Made by a program: the position numbers and the translations under genes. Of a DNA stretch of 64,000 nucleotides, positions 19,409 to 30,156 are shown one piece after another; position 1 is the first letter of the stretch, and every line of letters starts with the position of its first letter. Source of the DNA: Syntrophomonadaceae bacterium (lineage in GTDB: Bacteria; Bacillota; Dethiobacteria; DTU022; UBA8154); assembly GCA_003556225.1 (NCBI GenBank), contig PWRN01000063.1, positions 4,060-68,059 on the forward strand, given 5' to 3'. The notes beneath the pieces are model-generated. The model ran no database searches. It was not told the origin of the DNA and worked only from the letters and a program-made list of their open reading frames with translations.

Positions 19409-21499
19409 TCACGAAGGGAAGACAATTCTCGCTAAATCAGCCAGGTTGAGGTAGAGGTTTTGCAGCTGCACCAACAGGGCCAACCGATTGTTGCGGAGCT
19501 CCTCTTCCTTCGCCATGACCAACACTTCGTCAAAAAAGAAGTCGATTTCTTTCTTTAATTCTGACAGAGCAGAAAGCACGCTCTCCAGGTTGTCTTCTGA
19601 CAGGTCGGCAGCAAGTTGCTCTACCGTTGCGCCGTATTTTTGATAGAGATCCTTTTCAGCAGACTCCCGCAGAAGATCTTCGCGTACCTCTGCCGGGGAA
19701 GCGGCATGGTTGGCCAGGTTGGCGATGCGGATGTACGCTGTCGCGGCATCAGCCAGGCGCTTGTCGGCACGTTTTTGCTGCAGAAAGTCCAGACGCCTTC
19801 CCAGATCGGGCAGGCTGTCAACAGGAGTGTGCAGAACCGCTTCGACCAGGTCGTAATCGAACCCTTTCTCCTGGAAGTGGTGGCGGGCGCGGTGCCAGGT
19901 GAAATCTTTGAGTTCGTGAACCTGTTCTTCCACGTTTATCCCTTCTAGCCTTTCCCGAAACAGGCCCAGGGCGAAACCCATCATTTCCCGGAAAGAAACA
20001 CGGATATCGTGCTCCAGCATAACCTGCAGCAGACCCAACCCTTGCCGTCTCAAGGCGTAAGGATCCTGGGAACCTGAAGGCCGGATCCCGATAGCAAAAC
20101 ATCCTGCCAGGTGGTCTAACTTATCGGCGATAGAAACCAGGGCCCCCGGAAGCGTCTGCGGCAGCTCATCCCCGGCGAAACGAGGGCGGTAGTGTTCCAT
20201 GATCGCCCGGGCAACTTCCGGGCTTTCACCGGATCTCCGGGCGTATTCCTGGCCCATAATGCCCTGGAGCTCGGGGAATTCACCCACCATGTGGGTCACC
20301 AGGTCGGCCTTGGAAAGGAACGCTGCTTGTTGGGCCGCCTTGATTGTTTCCGGCGTGATGGCAGGCAGCCGCTGGGAAAGAAAATCCACCAGGGCCTTCA
20401 TGCGGTTGATTTTCTCGAACACGGTTCCCAGTTCTTCTTGAAAAAGGACAGACTTCAAGGCTTCCACGTAATCGCTTAACGGCGTCTTAAGATCTTCGGT
20501 GTAGAAAAACTCGGCATCGGCAAGCCTGGCCTTGAGTACTTTTTCATTCCCGCTTCGTATGTTTTCCACCGGAGCGCTGCTGTTGTTGGAGATGGCCACG
20601 AAGTACGGGCGGATCGCCCCGGAGGCATCCTGGGTGGGAAAATAGCGCTGGTGGCTCTGCAGGGTGGTTACCAGCACATCCCGGGGAAGTTGGAGAAAGC
20701 TCTCCGGGAAAGAACACAAAACCGCACAGGGGTGTTCTACAAGGTAGGTAACTTCTTCCAGGAGTTCCGGATCCAGGTAAAGTTCCACACCCGCGCTGGC
20801 TGTCGCTTGTTCCGCTTGTTTGCGGATCTCTGCGGATCGGACTGCCGGGTCCAGGAGGACCTGGCTATCCGCCAGGACGTTGCAAAAATGGTCCGGGTTT
20901 TGCACGGCAAAAGGCCCCGGGGCAAGAAAGCGATGCCCTCGCGTCTGCTGACCCGATTCCAACCCGGCGTAAGAAAAGGGCACCATTTCTTCCCCGTAGA
21001 GGCAGAGCAGCCAGCGGATAGGGCGGGCAAAACGGACCTTACTGGCCTCCCAGTACATGGTTTTGGGAAAAGCCAGGCTTTTGATCAGGGCGGGCAGCAG
21101 TGCGTTGAGCACCTTGAGGGTAGGTTCTCCCTTTATTTCCTGTAAGGCAACCAGGTACTCACCCTTGCCCATGGTTTCTATTTCCAGGTCCTCCAGGGGC
21201 ACGCCCAGCTTGGCGGCAAACCCCCGGGCCGCCCGGGTCGGGTTCCCCTGCTCATCAAAAGCCGCTTCCCGGGAAGGACCTTTTTTCTTTTCACGTAAGC
21301 TCTTCTGGTCTGCGGCCAAATCTTCAACCTGCAGTACCAGGCGGCGAGGCGTTCCCATGGTTTTGATCCGGGCATAATCCAGGCGATATTCTGCCAGCAG
21401 CCGGGCCGCCCGTTCCTGCAGCTGGTTTAGGGCGCCAGGCATAAACCGGGCCGGGATCTCTTCGGTACCGATCTCCAGGAGTAAGTCCTTCGTGATCAT
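19409..21499 (-). CDS. glyS: glycyl-tRNA synthetase beta subunit
   Basis: 696 aa; 4-nt overlap with glyQ; characteristic GlyS length and composition. Confidence 0.9.
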   Translation of the reverse strand: MITKDLLLEIGTEEIPARFMPGALNQLQERAARLLAEYRLDYARIKTMGTPRRLVLQVEDLAADQKSLREKKKGPSREAAFDEQGNPTRAARGFAAKLGVPLEDLEIETMGKGEYLVALQEIKGEPTLKVLNALLPALIKSLAFPKTMYWEASKVRFARPIRWLLCLYGEEMVPFSYAGLESGQQTRGHRFLAPGPFAVQNPDHFCNVLADSQVLLDPAVRSAEIRKQAEQATASAGVELYLDPELLEEVTYLVEHPCAVLCSFPESFLQLPRDVLVTTLQSHQRYFPTQDASGAIRPYFVAISNNSSAPVENIRSGNEKVLKARLADAEFFYTEDLKTPLSDYVEALKSVLFQEELGTVFEKINRMKALVDFLSQRLPAITPETIKAAQQAAFLSKADLVTHMVGEFPELQGIMGQEYARRSGESPEVARAIMEHYRPRFAGDELPQTLPGALVSIADKLDHLAGCFAIGIRPSGSQDPYALRRQGLGLLQVMLEHDIRVSFREMMGFALGLFRERLEGINVEEQVHELKDFTWHRARHHFQEKGFDYDLVEAVLHTPVDSLPDLGRRLDFLQQKRADKRLADAATAYIRIANLANHAASPAEVREDLLRESAEKDLYQKYGATVEQLAADLSEDNLESVLSALSELKKEIDFFFDEVLVMAKEEELRNNRLALLVQLQNLYLNLADLARIVFPS

Positions 21500-22389
21500 C
21501 TCTGCACCCCTCCTTGACGCTTGTTGTTCAATAGTGGATAACCGGCTTCTTCACGCTGCTGCAGGTACTGCCGTCCACAGGTTCGCGCCAGTTCCCGGAT
21601 GCGGGCGATATAGCCGGTTCGTTCCGTGACGCTGATTGCGCCGCGGGCGTCCAGCACGTTGAAGACATGAGAGCATTTCAGCACATAGTCATAGCCGGGT
21701 AGCACCAGGGGCTTATCTAACAGCCTTTTGGCTTCCTGCTCATAGAGGTTGAAAAGTTGGAGCAGCATGGATGTATCCGCTGCTTCAAAGCTGTACGTGG
21801 AATGCTCCCGTTCGGCCAGCTGGAACACCTCCCCGTAGCTGATGCCCGGCAACCATTCCAAATCAAAGACGTTATCGCGCTTCTGTATGTACATGGCGAT
21901 GCGCTCCAGGCCATACGTGAGTTCTACGGGAACGACCTCCAGGTCGAAGCCTCCCACCTTCTGGAAATACGTAAACTGGGTAATTTCCATTCCATCCAGC
22001 CAAACCTCCCAGCCCAGGCCCCAGGCGCCCAGCGTCGGAGATTCCCAGTCATCCTCGACAAAGCGAATATCGTGATCCAATGCCTTGATGCCCAGGCTTT
22101 CCAGGCTGCTGAGATAGAGATCCTGGATCTCGGCAGGGGCAGGTTTGAGAATCACCTGGTACTGGTGATGCTGGTACAAGCGATTGGGGTTTTCTCCGTA
22201 ACGACCGTCCCCCGGACGGCGGGACGGTTCAACGTAGGCGACATCCCAGGGTTCCGGGCCCAGGGAGCGCAGAAAGGTGGCGGGGTTCATGGTACCCGCA
22301 CCTTTTTCGACATCATAGGGTTGTCCGATCAGACACCCTCTCCGGGCCCAAAAATCCTGCAGGCGGATCATGAGTTCCTGAAAATTCAA
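21496..22389 (-). CDS. glyQ: glycyl-tRNA synthetase alpha subunit
   Basis: [14 protein letters not shown]...[12 protein letters not shown]...[29 protein letters not shown]; TTG start, AAGGAGGT SD. Confidence 0.9.
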   Translation of the reverse strand: MNFQELMIRLQDFWARRGCLIGQPYDVEKGAGTMNPATFLRSLGPEPWDVAYVEPSRRPGDGRYGENPNRLYQHHQYQVILKPAPAEIQDLYLSSLESLGIKALDHDIRFVEDDWESPTLGAWGLGWEVWLDGMEITQFTYFQKVGGFDLEVVPVELTYGLERIAMYIQKRDNVFDLEWLPGISYGEVFQLAEREHSTYSFEAADTSMLLQLFNLYEQEAKRLLDKPLVLPGYDYVLKCSHVFNVLDARGAISVTERTGYIARIRELARTCGRQYLQQREEAGYPLLNNKRQGGVQR

Positions 22390-22457
22390 TGTTCGTATTA
22401 CCTCCTTGTGATCAGTGCTTGAGACCGGGGTCAGTTTTTGGGGTTCTGGTTTTCATT

Positions 22458-22478
22458 CCCCTGCAGATAGCTGCAGGG
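22458..22478 (-). promoter_or_regulatory. 8-bp GC hairpin (CCCTGCAG-atag-CTGCAGGG) immediately after recO stop, in the 91-nt recO-glyQ spacer
   Basis: seen directly; no following U-tract, so probably not a strong terminator. Confidence 0.3.
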
Positions 22479-22480
22479 GG

Positions 22481-23227
22481 TCAAGTGATCTCTTCCAAAA
22501 AAGCAGCGGATTTTATCGACCCGATATCCGTCCAATACCGGTAAAAGGATTGGACCAGGCGCTTCAATTCCTTGTGCTGTTCCTCATCCACCCGTATACT
22601 CACCAGCCGACTGGGTGTCACCTTGAGCAGGTACTGGGCCAGGGCGCAGGTGCCGCGGGAGAGGGAAAAGGCCTCGGCGTCCCCCTGGCCGCAATCGGTA
22701 CAGAGAATACCTCCAGCCTGGTCGCTCCAACAAACCGCTCCCCGTTGTTTCCCGCAGCCCGCACAATCGTCCAGGTGAGGGCGGTAACCCAACAGATCCA
22801 GCAGTTTTAGCTCGAAATACCTCACCAGCAGCACCGGGCTGCTTCTTCCCGCTTCCAGGTGCTTCCAGGACTCCAACAGCAATTCAAAGATGGCCGGGTT
22901 TGCTTCGTTTTCTTCCACGGCTTTTGTCACCAGTTCGGCTAGATACAGGCCGCAGGCGTAAAGCTTCATCTCCTGTCGAATCGCATGATACTGATGTTCC
23001 TGTGCCGCCTGGGTCACGGTATACATGGACCGGCCGCGGTAGAGCAGGAAATGCCCCCGGGCAAACAGTTCAACCGCTGCAGCCAGCTTGCTCTTCATCT
23101 TCCGCGCACCCGGGGCAACAGCGCTAATTTTCCCCAGCTCCCGGGTATAAAGGGTGAGCAATCGATCTCCTTCTCCCAAGGGCCTGGAATACAGGACCAG
23201 GGCTTCCACTTTTACCTGTCTAGTCAT
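22481..23227 (-). CDS. recO: DNA repair protein RecO
   Basis: 248 aa; N-terminal OB-fold region, CAGCGK...CTDCG zinc-finger pair. Confidence 0.85.
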   Translation of the reverse strand: MTRQVKVEALVLYSRPLGEGDRLLTLYTRELGKISAVAPGARKMKSKLAAAVELFARGHFLLYRGRSMYTVTQAAQEHQYHAIRQEMKLYACGLYLAELVTKAVEENEANPAIFELLLESWKHLEAGRSSPVLLVRYFELKLLDLLGYRPHLDDCAGCGKQRGAVCWSDQAGGILCTDCGQGDAEAFSLSRGTCALAQYLLKVTPSRLVSIRVDEEQHKELKRLVQSFYRYWTDIGSIKSAAFLEEIT

Positions 23228-23265
23228 GATCGGTCCTCCCGGGATGCTTCCGCCTTCCGGCTGGC

Positions 23266-24150
23266 CTATTCATAGCCCAACTGTCGCAATATATTATTTT
23301 TGCGCCGCCAGTCGGCTTTTACTTTCACCCAGAGGTCCAGGTAAACCGCGCTGCCTAACAGCTCCTCCAGTTCAGCGCGCGCCTCTTGCCCGATTGTTTT
23401 CAGCCGCGCGCCTCCTTTGCCGATCATGATTTTTTTCTGTGAATCTTTTTCTACGAGGATTTCAGCGTGAATATCCACCAGTTCCTTATTTTCCCGGGGT
23501 GCAATTTTCGTGACCTCTACCGCGATGGAGTGCGGGATTTCTTCCCGGGTCTGCATGAATATTTTTTCCCGGATTAGCTCGGACACCTGGAAAGGTAAAG
23601 GGCGGTCCGTGATCATTCCTTCCGGGTAGTACATAGGTCCCTCGGGTAAATACCGCAAGATCTCTTCCAGGAGCAATTGGGTATGCTGACCTGTGCGGGC
23701 AGACACCTGGAGGTAGCCCTGGACAGGCAGAAGGCTCACGTACTCCTGCAGCCAGGATGCTGCAAAAGCCTCCGGGGCCACATCAATCTTGTTGATCACC
23801 AGCAGGACAGGGGTTCCCACAGATTTCAAGCGCTGGGCGATAAAGCGGTCCCCGTTCCCGGGGGGTGAGGTAGCCTCAACCACCAGGAGCGCCAGGTCCA
23901 CTTCTTTGAGTGCTCCCAGGGCCGATTGCAGCATGTAATCGCCCAGACGGTGCCGGGGGCGGTGAATCCCCGGAGTATCGATAAAAACAACCTGGAAGTG
24001 TTCCGCCGTCAACACGGCCTGGATGCGGTTACGGGTTGTCTGAGGTTTATCGGATACAATGAGCACTTTCTGCCCCATGAGCACATTAATCAGGGTGGAC
24101 TTGCCCACATTGGGCCGGCCCACAACTGCAACGAACCCGGAGATAAACAT
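23266..24150 (-). CDS. era: GTPase Era
   Basis: GRPNVGKSTL (G1), DTPG (G3), NKID (G4), C-terminal KH domain; extended -10 TGTTATAAT upstream. Confidence 0.9.
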   Translation of the reverse strand: MFISGFVAVVGRPNVGKSTLINVLMGQKVLIVSDKPQTTRNRIQAVLTAEHFQVVFIDTPGIHRPRHRLGDYMLQSALGALKEVDLALLVVEATSPPGNGDRFIAQRLKSVGTPVLLVINKIDVAPEAFAASWLQEYVSLLPVQGYLQVSARTGQHTQLLLEEILRYLPEGPMYYPEGMITDRPLPFQVSELIREKIFMQTREEIPHSIAVEVTKIAPRENKELVDIHAEILVEKDSQKKIMIGKGGARLKTIGQEARAELEELLGSAVYLDLWVKVKADWRRKNNILRQLGYE

Positions 24151-24224
24151 GGGCTTATTTCTCCTTTACTTCTGCTGGCAGATAATTTATTATTATAACA
24201 TATAATCGGCAAGGACGTGTGTTC

Positions 24225-24407
24225 ATGGAAGAAGAAAAAAAACAAGAACTCAAGGCCAGGGGACACAAGGCGCTCATTTTAAATGTTATTTTTTTCGTGG
24301 TTCTCTTCCTGGGCATTTTCATGGTCGCCTATACCAGCCTGGCCATAACGGCGGTGGTGATCACCATTATCTTCGCCGCCTGCTTACTCTATATCTATTA
24401 TTCGTGA
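24225..24407 (+). CDS. candidate small membrane protein (60 aa, two predicted TM helices), antisense-located between cdd and era
   Basis: ATG 24225 preceded by AAGGA; upstream ACATATAAT -10 element; hydrophobic LILNVIFFVVLFLGIFMVAYTSLAITAVVITIIFAACLLYIYY. Confidence 0.35.
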   Translation: MEEEKKQELKARGHKALILNVIFFVVLFLGIFMVAYTSLAITAVVITIIFAACLLYIYYS

Positions 24408-24799
24408 CTCGCTTCCGCCTGGCAGGAGAAGGGCCGGGGGAGAAGTTCGGCCAACCGGTAGAGAATCTCCTCTCCACCTGCAGCAGAAACCAGGATGCGG
24501 CAGTCGGGGGCAAATTCCGCCAGCGCTTGCCGGCAAGCCCCACAAGGAACCGGATCCGGCTTCTTTTCCGACACGATACCCAGGGCAAGAAATCGACGCT
24601 GCCCTGCGGAGACCGCTGCGGCGAGGGCCGCCCTTTCCGCGCAGAGGGTCAAGCTGTAAGAGGCATTTTCCACGTTTACCCCGGTATACACCTTTCCATC
24701 ACCCGCTAAAAGAGCCGCCGCCACCCGATAATCCGAGTAGGGCGCGTAGGCATGCACCAGGGCCCGACGTGCCTCATTTACGAGCTGAGCGTCTTTCAT
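24398..24799 (-). CDS. cdd: cytidine deaminase
   Basis: 133 aa; CAERAA...PCGACRQ zinc-binding CDA motifs. Confidence 0.85.
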   Translation of the reverse strand: MKDAQLVNEARRALVHAYAPYSDYRVAAALLAGDGKVYTGVNVENASYSLTLCAERAALAAAVSAGQRRFLALGIVSEKKPDPVPCGACRQALAEFAPDCRILVSAAGGEEILYRLAELLPRPFSCQAEASHE

Positions 24800-24819
24800 A
24801 AAACCACCCGCCTTTCATC

Positions 24820-25869
24820 TTAGCCCCGATACGGGGGTAAAACCAGGTGATCCTTTTTCTCAATCTCCATACGGAAATTACGGTGGATTTCCAGGGAAAA
24901 GCGCACAATGTCCAGGGCGCTGGAAAGCACTTCCGGGTCCCCCACGGCTTCGATCACGACAGGATTCGCGGGAATTTCCCGCTGGTTTACCCGGATGACA
25001 GGACCGACACAGCGAATGGGCGAAGTGCTCACCAGCCGCTGTCCTCCCACGGATACACCTTTCGCTCCAGCGGCAAAAAGCTCGTTCACAACATCGCGGA
25101 CATCGGAATCGTGGATGATTTCGCTGGCCGCAAAGCCGTCAGGCGCATCATAAAGCTTGATCAGCACCCCTTCCCCGCTCATTTCCGCAAAACCGGAAGC
25201 GATCCGGAGCTCGCGCAGGTTGACCCGCAAGGCGTCGATTTCCTCGTTGAGGGATTGGATATAGTCTAACGGGTTGTAAGGGACAAGCATCCGGCTTCGC
25301 CCGCCCTCAAACTCCAGTTGGAAGAGCTGCTCCTGGACCATGCCGCTGCCCTGGACCAGTTCCATGATCTCGCCTTTGGTGTCTTCGTGCAAAACATCGG
25401 GGTCTACAGTAATGCCCTGGGTGGAAGAAAGATTGATGGTAAACTCCACCCGCCCGGGTTCTGCTTGCAGGCTTGCATCCTGGTTTACCAGGGCGAGGAT
25501 GTTCTCCCGCAGGAGCACATCCCATTCCCGAACAATGGTTTCCTGAACCTGGCGGCCTTGATTAAAGACAACCTGCGCCAGCTCGTCGCCCGTCTTGGCC
25601 ATATCCATTTCGTAGTTTAAGCGGGCCAGGGCCTCTCGCACGGAATTCCGTTCCTGGACACCCAGGTCCTGGGCCAGTCGTTGGCTGTATGCCAGGAGAT
25701 TTTCCGTCATGGCATCTCGAGAAGAAGCAGGTACTGCATCCCCCGACTGGGAATGCCGGTAAATCACGGTAAGGTTGACTATGACCAGGGCCGTGTTGAC
25801 TAATAAGACCATCAAGAGAAGGGTCAGAGCGTTTTTCCCCGTAAGCAACCGCCCGAAGTCGCTTCGCAT
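24820..25869 (-). CDS. DUF881 (YlxW/YlxX-like) domain membrane protein
   Basis: N-terminal TM helix; C-terminal HDSDVRDVVNELFAAGAKGVSVGGQRLVSTSPIRCVGPVIRVN...PVVIEAVGDPEVL matches DUF881 consensus. Confidence 0.55.
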   Translation of the reverse strand: MRSDFGRLLTGKNALTLLLMVLLVNTALVIVNLTVIYRHSQSGDAVPASSRDAMTENLLAYSQRLAQDLGVQERNSVREALARLNYEMDMAKTGDELAQVVFNQGRQVQETIVREWDVLLRENILALVNQDASLQAEPGRVEFTINLSSTQGITVDPDVLHEDTKGEIMELVQGSGMVQEQLFQLEFEGGRSRMLVPYNPLDYIQSLNEEIDALRVNLRELRIASGFAEMSGEGVLIKLYDAPDGFAASEIIHDSDVRDVVNELFAAGAKGVSVGGQRLVSTSPIRCVGPVIRVNQREIPANPVVIEAVGDPEVLSSALDIVRFSLEIHRNFRMEIEKKDHLVLPPYRG

Positions 25870-25929
25870 CTTAGCAGACCTCCTGCAAATTAAATCCTGG
25901 AATCCGCGGGATAAAAATCTCGCTTCCGT

Positions 25930-26295
25930 TTAAAAAAAACGGGCCCGAACCGGGCCGGAAAAAACGACCAGCGCGACCACCAGGGCATATACAGTCGCAA
26001 ATAATACCGCTCCCGCCGCTACATTTTTGGCCACCCGGGCCAGGGGGTGAAATTTCCTGGTTTTCAGGTCAACGGCTGCTTCGATGGCGGTGTTAAACAT
26101 TTCGGCCATAAAAACAAAAAATATCGCGGAAAGAACCGCCAGAAACTCTGCTTTATCCACGTTAAAATAGAAAGAGAACGTAATCGCTGCTGCAGCGGCA
26201 AGGACATGAAGCCCCATGTTGCGTTCACTGCGAAAAGCGAACATTATCCCCGCAAAGGCGTTCAAGAAACTCTGATGCAACCGGCGTTTTTTCAT
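25930..26295 (-). CDS. dgkA: diacylglycerol/undecaprenol kinase DgkA family
   Basis: 121 aa, 3 TM; EMFNTAIEAAVD catalytic motif. Confidence 0.8.
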   Translation of the reverse strand: MKKRRLHQSFLNAFAGIMFAFRSERNMGLHVLAAAAAITFSFYFNVDKAEFLAVLSAIFFVFMAEMFNTAIEAAVDLKTRKFHPLARVAKNVAAGAVLFATVYALVVALVVFSGPVRARFF

Positions 26296-26304
26296 GGGTC
26301 TGCC

Positions 26305-26757
26305 CTATTGTTCAAAGTTAAATTTCTCCAACATAAGGTGCTGCCGCGAAAACATTTCATTTTCTTCTGTCGCAAAACGGTGATCGTAACCCAGCAAATG
26401 CAGTATGCCATGGACAGCCAAAAATGCAATCTCCCTTTCCAGGCTGTGTCCATATTCCCGGGCTTGCTCAGCCGCTCTCTCTACGGAGATCACGACATCG
26501 CCCAGGACATGGTCCTCCTCTTTCCCGGTCATTTCGTCCTGCAGATCAAAGGCCAGCACATCGGTAGCCCGGTCCAATTTCCGGTAGGTACGGTTCAACT
26601 CCCGAATCTGCCCATCATCAACCAGGATAAGACTGATTTCTTCTTCCTGGGATCGACCTTCCTCCTTTAAAAGATGCTCGCCGATCTCCTGCAGCAGCGG
26701 AGATAATGCTGCGGGGATGCGAACCTTGTCCTGGTCGTTATGGATGTTGATGGCCAT
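26305..26757 (-). CDS. ybeY: rRNA maturation endoribonuclease YbeY
   Basis: HGILHLLGYDH zinc-binding motif; start MAINIHNDQD (150 aa) rather than the longer track ORF. Confidence 0.85.
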   Translation of the reverse strand: MAINIHNDQDKVRIPAALSPLLQEIGEHLLKEEGRSQEEEISLILVDDGQIRELNRTYRKLDRATDVLAFDLQDEMTGKEEDHVLGDVVISVERAAEQAREYGHSLEREIAFLAVHGILHLLGYDHRFATEENEMFSRQHLMLEKFNFEQ

Positions 26758-28894
26758 TGTTCGCCTTCCCCCTTTCCAGGTCTGCCCGCAGTTCTTTTTC
26801 CGGGTACTCGATGCGGTTGTGAAAAAGACCCGTAAGAATATGAACAAAGGTGTCACCGATGATATCCAAATCCCGCAACGTTAAGGGTGTATCATCAAAC
26901 TGGCCGTCGTTAAGCTTTTCTTTGATAATGCGTCGAACCATTCCTTCCACTCTGCCGGCCACGGGTCGGGAGAGAGAGCGTACCGCGGCTTCCACCGCAT
27001 CCGCCAGGAGGATCAGGGCCGCCTCTTTGCTCTGGGGTAGAGGACCTTCATAACGGAACTCTTCTTCGGAAAGATTAATATCCCGATTATTTTCCATGGC
27101 CTGGCGGTAGAAAAAGGAGATCATCCCCGTCCCGTGGTGCTGCTGAATGATCTCAATGATGGGCAGGGGCAAGTTCTCCTCCCGGGCCATTTCCACACCG
27201 TCTTTCACGTGAGAACGGATAATCAGCGCGCTTAAATTAGGGGAAATCTTTTTGTGCGGATTATCCCCGGTAAACTGGTTCTCGATAAAAAAATACGGGC
27301 GGCGTATTTTTCCGATATCATGGTAAAAGGCGGCGACCCGTGATAACAGGGGGTCAGCCCCGATGGCTTCTGCGCCGGCTTCAGCCAGGTTGCCCACAAG
27401 AACGCTGTGGTGGTAGGTTCCCGGGGTTTCCATGAGCAGCTTGCGCAGTAAGGGCCTTCCGGGATCGGAGAGCTCCAGCAGGGTCACGGCGGTAGTTAAG
27501 CCAAAAGCATTTTCCAGGTAAGATAAAAGGCCGATGGCCAGCACGGCCGAAAAGAGTCCGCTGCCCAGGCCGGCCAGGAGACTGATGCTGAATTCACGGA
27601 GGAATTCATACTCCAGGTGAAAGCCCCTGGTTAGCAAAACCACCGCAATGATGGAGATAACGTTGACCCCCGCCACAAGGAAGCCGGCCCGGGTCAGGTC
27701 CGAACGGCGCTGCAGGTGGAACACGCTGTAGATGGCCACCAGCCCGCCCAGGATGGACACGACCAGGTAGCCGAATTGCCAGTCAACGGTAAAGCCGAGG
27801 AAGAGCGCCAGTACCAGGTTAAAGAAAATCGCCAGGCGGGCATCCAGCAATACCGCGATCAAGATACCGCCCATGGCTACGGGCATCAAGTAGCCGGAAA
27901 AGTACTGCGCCGCCAATCCCAGCACCAGGGTTACCACCAGGATCAGGCTCAAGAGGGAGAGATGGATGACATTTTGAAAAATATCCGGGTTAAAGAAGAA
28001 AATGTACAGGGCCACAACCGTGAAGATGACCAGCAAGATCAGAAACAGGCCGACATATCCCCCGAAATGAACCCGGGGACCCAGTAAGCCCAGGGCCTCC
28101 AGCTGGGCAATATGTCGTTCCGTGACCACTTCCCCTTCCTGGATGATCAGGGAATTCCGGAGAATCAACACCGGCTCAACTCCTAGACGGGCCGCTTCCC
28201 GGTTGGCCTGCGTTGCTTCTTCGTTGTAGATCATGTTGGGTTCCAGCAGGGGGGTGAGCAGCTTTTCCATGCCCTGGCGGACCTCCGGGCTAAAAGGTAT
28301 CAGGTTAACTTCCTGCAGCATCTGCCGCGTGGACGTCTGCACCCCGCCTTCTTTTATCCCCTGGGTCATAATCTCTTCATAAATGGTTTCCGCCCGCTGC
28401 TGTAGATCGCTCAAGGATTCCCTGCTCATGGAAAGGATAGCCCGCAGGGAGTCCTGGGGGATCTCAAGATCCAGGGACTCTGCCAGGCGCTCTGTCCGCA
28501 TGGACAGTTCATCCCGATCCGTCTCGTTCTCCGCGGGGCTGAGCTGCATTTCTCGAACCCGGTTCACCTCTTGAAAAAACAAGGCGATCTGCTCCCGACC
28601 TTCTGCCAGGACAGAGGGATCATAATCGAAGACCTCGGGTACGGCTTCGGCGGCCTGCTGGCGCAGCTCGCTGGTCGTGTAAGGATCGACCACTTCCCGG
28701 TTGGCCCGGATAGTTTGAGGGCTGGGGCGGCCCAGTTCCACGGAAATCCCCATGGGCACGGTGGAGAAAAGCAGGAAGAGGTAAAGAAATACAAAGAGCC
28801 CCAGGGCCAGGAACAGGCGCTGCCCCTTTTTACTCTGGGCCATAAAAAAAGGCTGATTAAAGACCGATTTAATTTTATTCCAAACCATCACCAT
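26738..28894 (-). CDS. pgpH: 7TM-receptor with intracellular HD hydrolase (PgpH/YqfF family, c-di-AMP phosphodiesterase)
   Basis: 718 aa; extracellular N-domain, 7 TM block, HD domain HHSVLVGNLAE...AAFYHDIGK. Confidence 0.8.
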   Translation of the reverse strand: MVMVWNKIKSVFNQPFFMAQSKKGQRLFLALGLFVFLYLFLLFSTVPMGISVELGRPSPQTIRANREVVDPYTTSELRQQAAEAVPEVFDYDPSVLAEGREQIALFFQEVNRVREMQLSPAENETDRDELSMRTERLAESLDLEIPQDSLRAILSMSRESLSDLQQRAETIYEEIMTQGIKEGGVQTSTRQMLQEVNLIPFSPEVRQGMEKLLTPLLEPNMIYNEEATQANREAARLGVEPVLILRNSLIIQEGEVVTERHIAQLEALGLLGPRVHFGGYVGLFLILLVIFTVVALYIFFFNPDIFQNVIHLSLLSLILVVTLVLGLAAQYFSGYLMPVAMGGILIAVLLDARLAIFFNLVLALFLGFTVDWQFGYLVVSILGGLVAIYSVFHLQRRSDLTRAGFLVAGVNVISIIAVVLLTRGFHLEYEFLREFSISLLAGLGSGLFSAVLAIGLLSYLENAFGLTTAVTLLELSDPGRPLLRKLLMETPGTYHHSVLVGNLAEAGAEAIGADPLLSRVAAFYHDIGKIRRPYFFIENQFTGDNPHKKISPNLSALIIRSHVKDGVEMAREENLPLPIIEIIQQHHGTGMISFFYRQAMENNRDINLSEEEFRYEGPLPQSKEAALILLADAVEAAVRSLSRPVAGRVEGMVRRIIKEKLNDGQFDDTPLTLRDLDIIGDTFVHILTGLFHNRIEYPEKELRADLERGKANNGHQHP

Positions 28895-29877
28895 TACTCC
28901 TGTTTATCATTTTCCCGGGCTCCCTGGTTTTCATAGGCCTGGATAATTTTTTGGACCAGGTTATGCCGGACAACATCCTGATCGCTGAGATGGATGAAGG
29001 CAATGTCCGGGATCTTTCCCAGGATGTTCATGACTTCAATCAGCCCGGAATATTTGCCCCGGGGAAGATCTACCTGGGTAATATCACCGGTGATTACGGC
29101 CTTGGAGCCAAATCCCATGCGGGTTAGAAACATTTTCATCTGTTCCGAGGTGGTATTTTGGGCTTCATCCAGGATAATAAAAGAGTCATCCAGGGTTCTG
29201 CCCCGCATATAGGCTAAGGGAGCCACCTCGATAATCCCCTTTTCCCTGTTCTTTAAAAACGTTTCCACACCCATGAGGTCATACAAGGCGTCATAGAGAG
29301 GGCGCAGGTAGGGATCGACCTTGTCATGCAAATCGCCGGGGAGAAAGCCCAGGTGTTCACCGGCTTCCACGGCCGGGCGGGTCAGCACCAGGCGCTGCAC
29401 GATCTTGTTTTTCAGGGCGAATACGGCCATGGCCATGGCCAGGTATGTTTTTCCTGTTCCCGCCGGGCCGATACCAAACACGATATCATAACGGCGCAGG
29501 GCTTCCACGTATTTCTTCTGGCCCATGGTTTTCGGCCGGATCTTTTTGCCCCGCTCGGTGATGAGCAGGTGATCGCTGAACAATTTCTGGATTTCCCCGG
29601 TTTTTCCCGTGCGGGCCAGCTTTAAAGCATAGATAAACTCCGCCGTGGTTAAGATATGACCCGCGCGGATCAAGGACAGCAATTCCTGGAACAACTGGTA
29701 GACGTGTTCAACATCTTCTTTTTCTCCCTGCAAAGAAAGCTCGTCGCCCCGGGGGATGATCTTGACGGGAAAACTTTCTTCAATGACCGATAAGTGCTCG
29801 TCGAATTGTCCCAGCAGGGGCAGCACTTCATCCATATTCTTCAGAAAAACCTTGCGCTCTAAATAATCCTGGGGCAA
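28894..29877 (-). CDS. phoH: PhoH-like ATPase (PhoH/YbeZ)
   Basis: Walker A GPAGTGKTYLAMA, Walker B ILDEAQN; TTG start with GGAGG SD. Confidence 0.85.
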   Translation of the reverse strand: MPQDYLERKVFLKNMDEVLPLLGQFDEHLSVIEESFPVKIIPRGDELSLQGEKEDVEHVYQLFQELLSLIRAGHILTTAEFIYALKLARTGKTGEIQKLFSDHLLITERGKKIRPKTMGQKKYVEALRRYDIVFGIGPAGTGKTYLAMAMAVFALKNKIVQRLVLTRPAVEAGEHLGFLPGDLHDKVDPYLRPLYDALYDLMGVETFLKNREKGIIEVAPLAYMRGRTLDDSFIILDEAQNTTSEQMKMFLTRMGFGSKAVITGDITQVDLPRGKYSGLIEVMNILGKIPDIAFIHLSDQDVVRHNLVQKIIQAYENQGARENDKQE

Positions 29878-30156
29878 GATCTAAACCTCCTTCAGGCGTT
29901 CCCCAACAGGGCTTTGGGGGACCGGAATCCACTGCTTGCCGGGCCCCTGTGTCGTTTGCTTGCTGTTTTACGTTTTGTACTTCTGCAATTACGCAGGAAA
30001 TTCCTTTGCCCCGCGAGATTATTCCATTTCTGTGATCAGCCGGACAATCTCTCCAGACAAAAAAAGGAACGCCGTCGATGAATTCCCCTGCCCGGTAAGA
30101 ACGGGGGCTAAAGCCATCGCTTGGACTTCCTCCAGGCCATACATGGGGTGTATGGC

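Noticed and set aside
22390-22480. T-box riboswitch upstream of glyQ
   Set aside because: Looked for it because it is expected in Firmicutes; the spacer is only 91 nt and lacks the T-box consensus. Reported as a finding instead.
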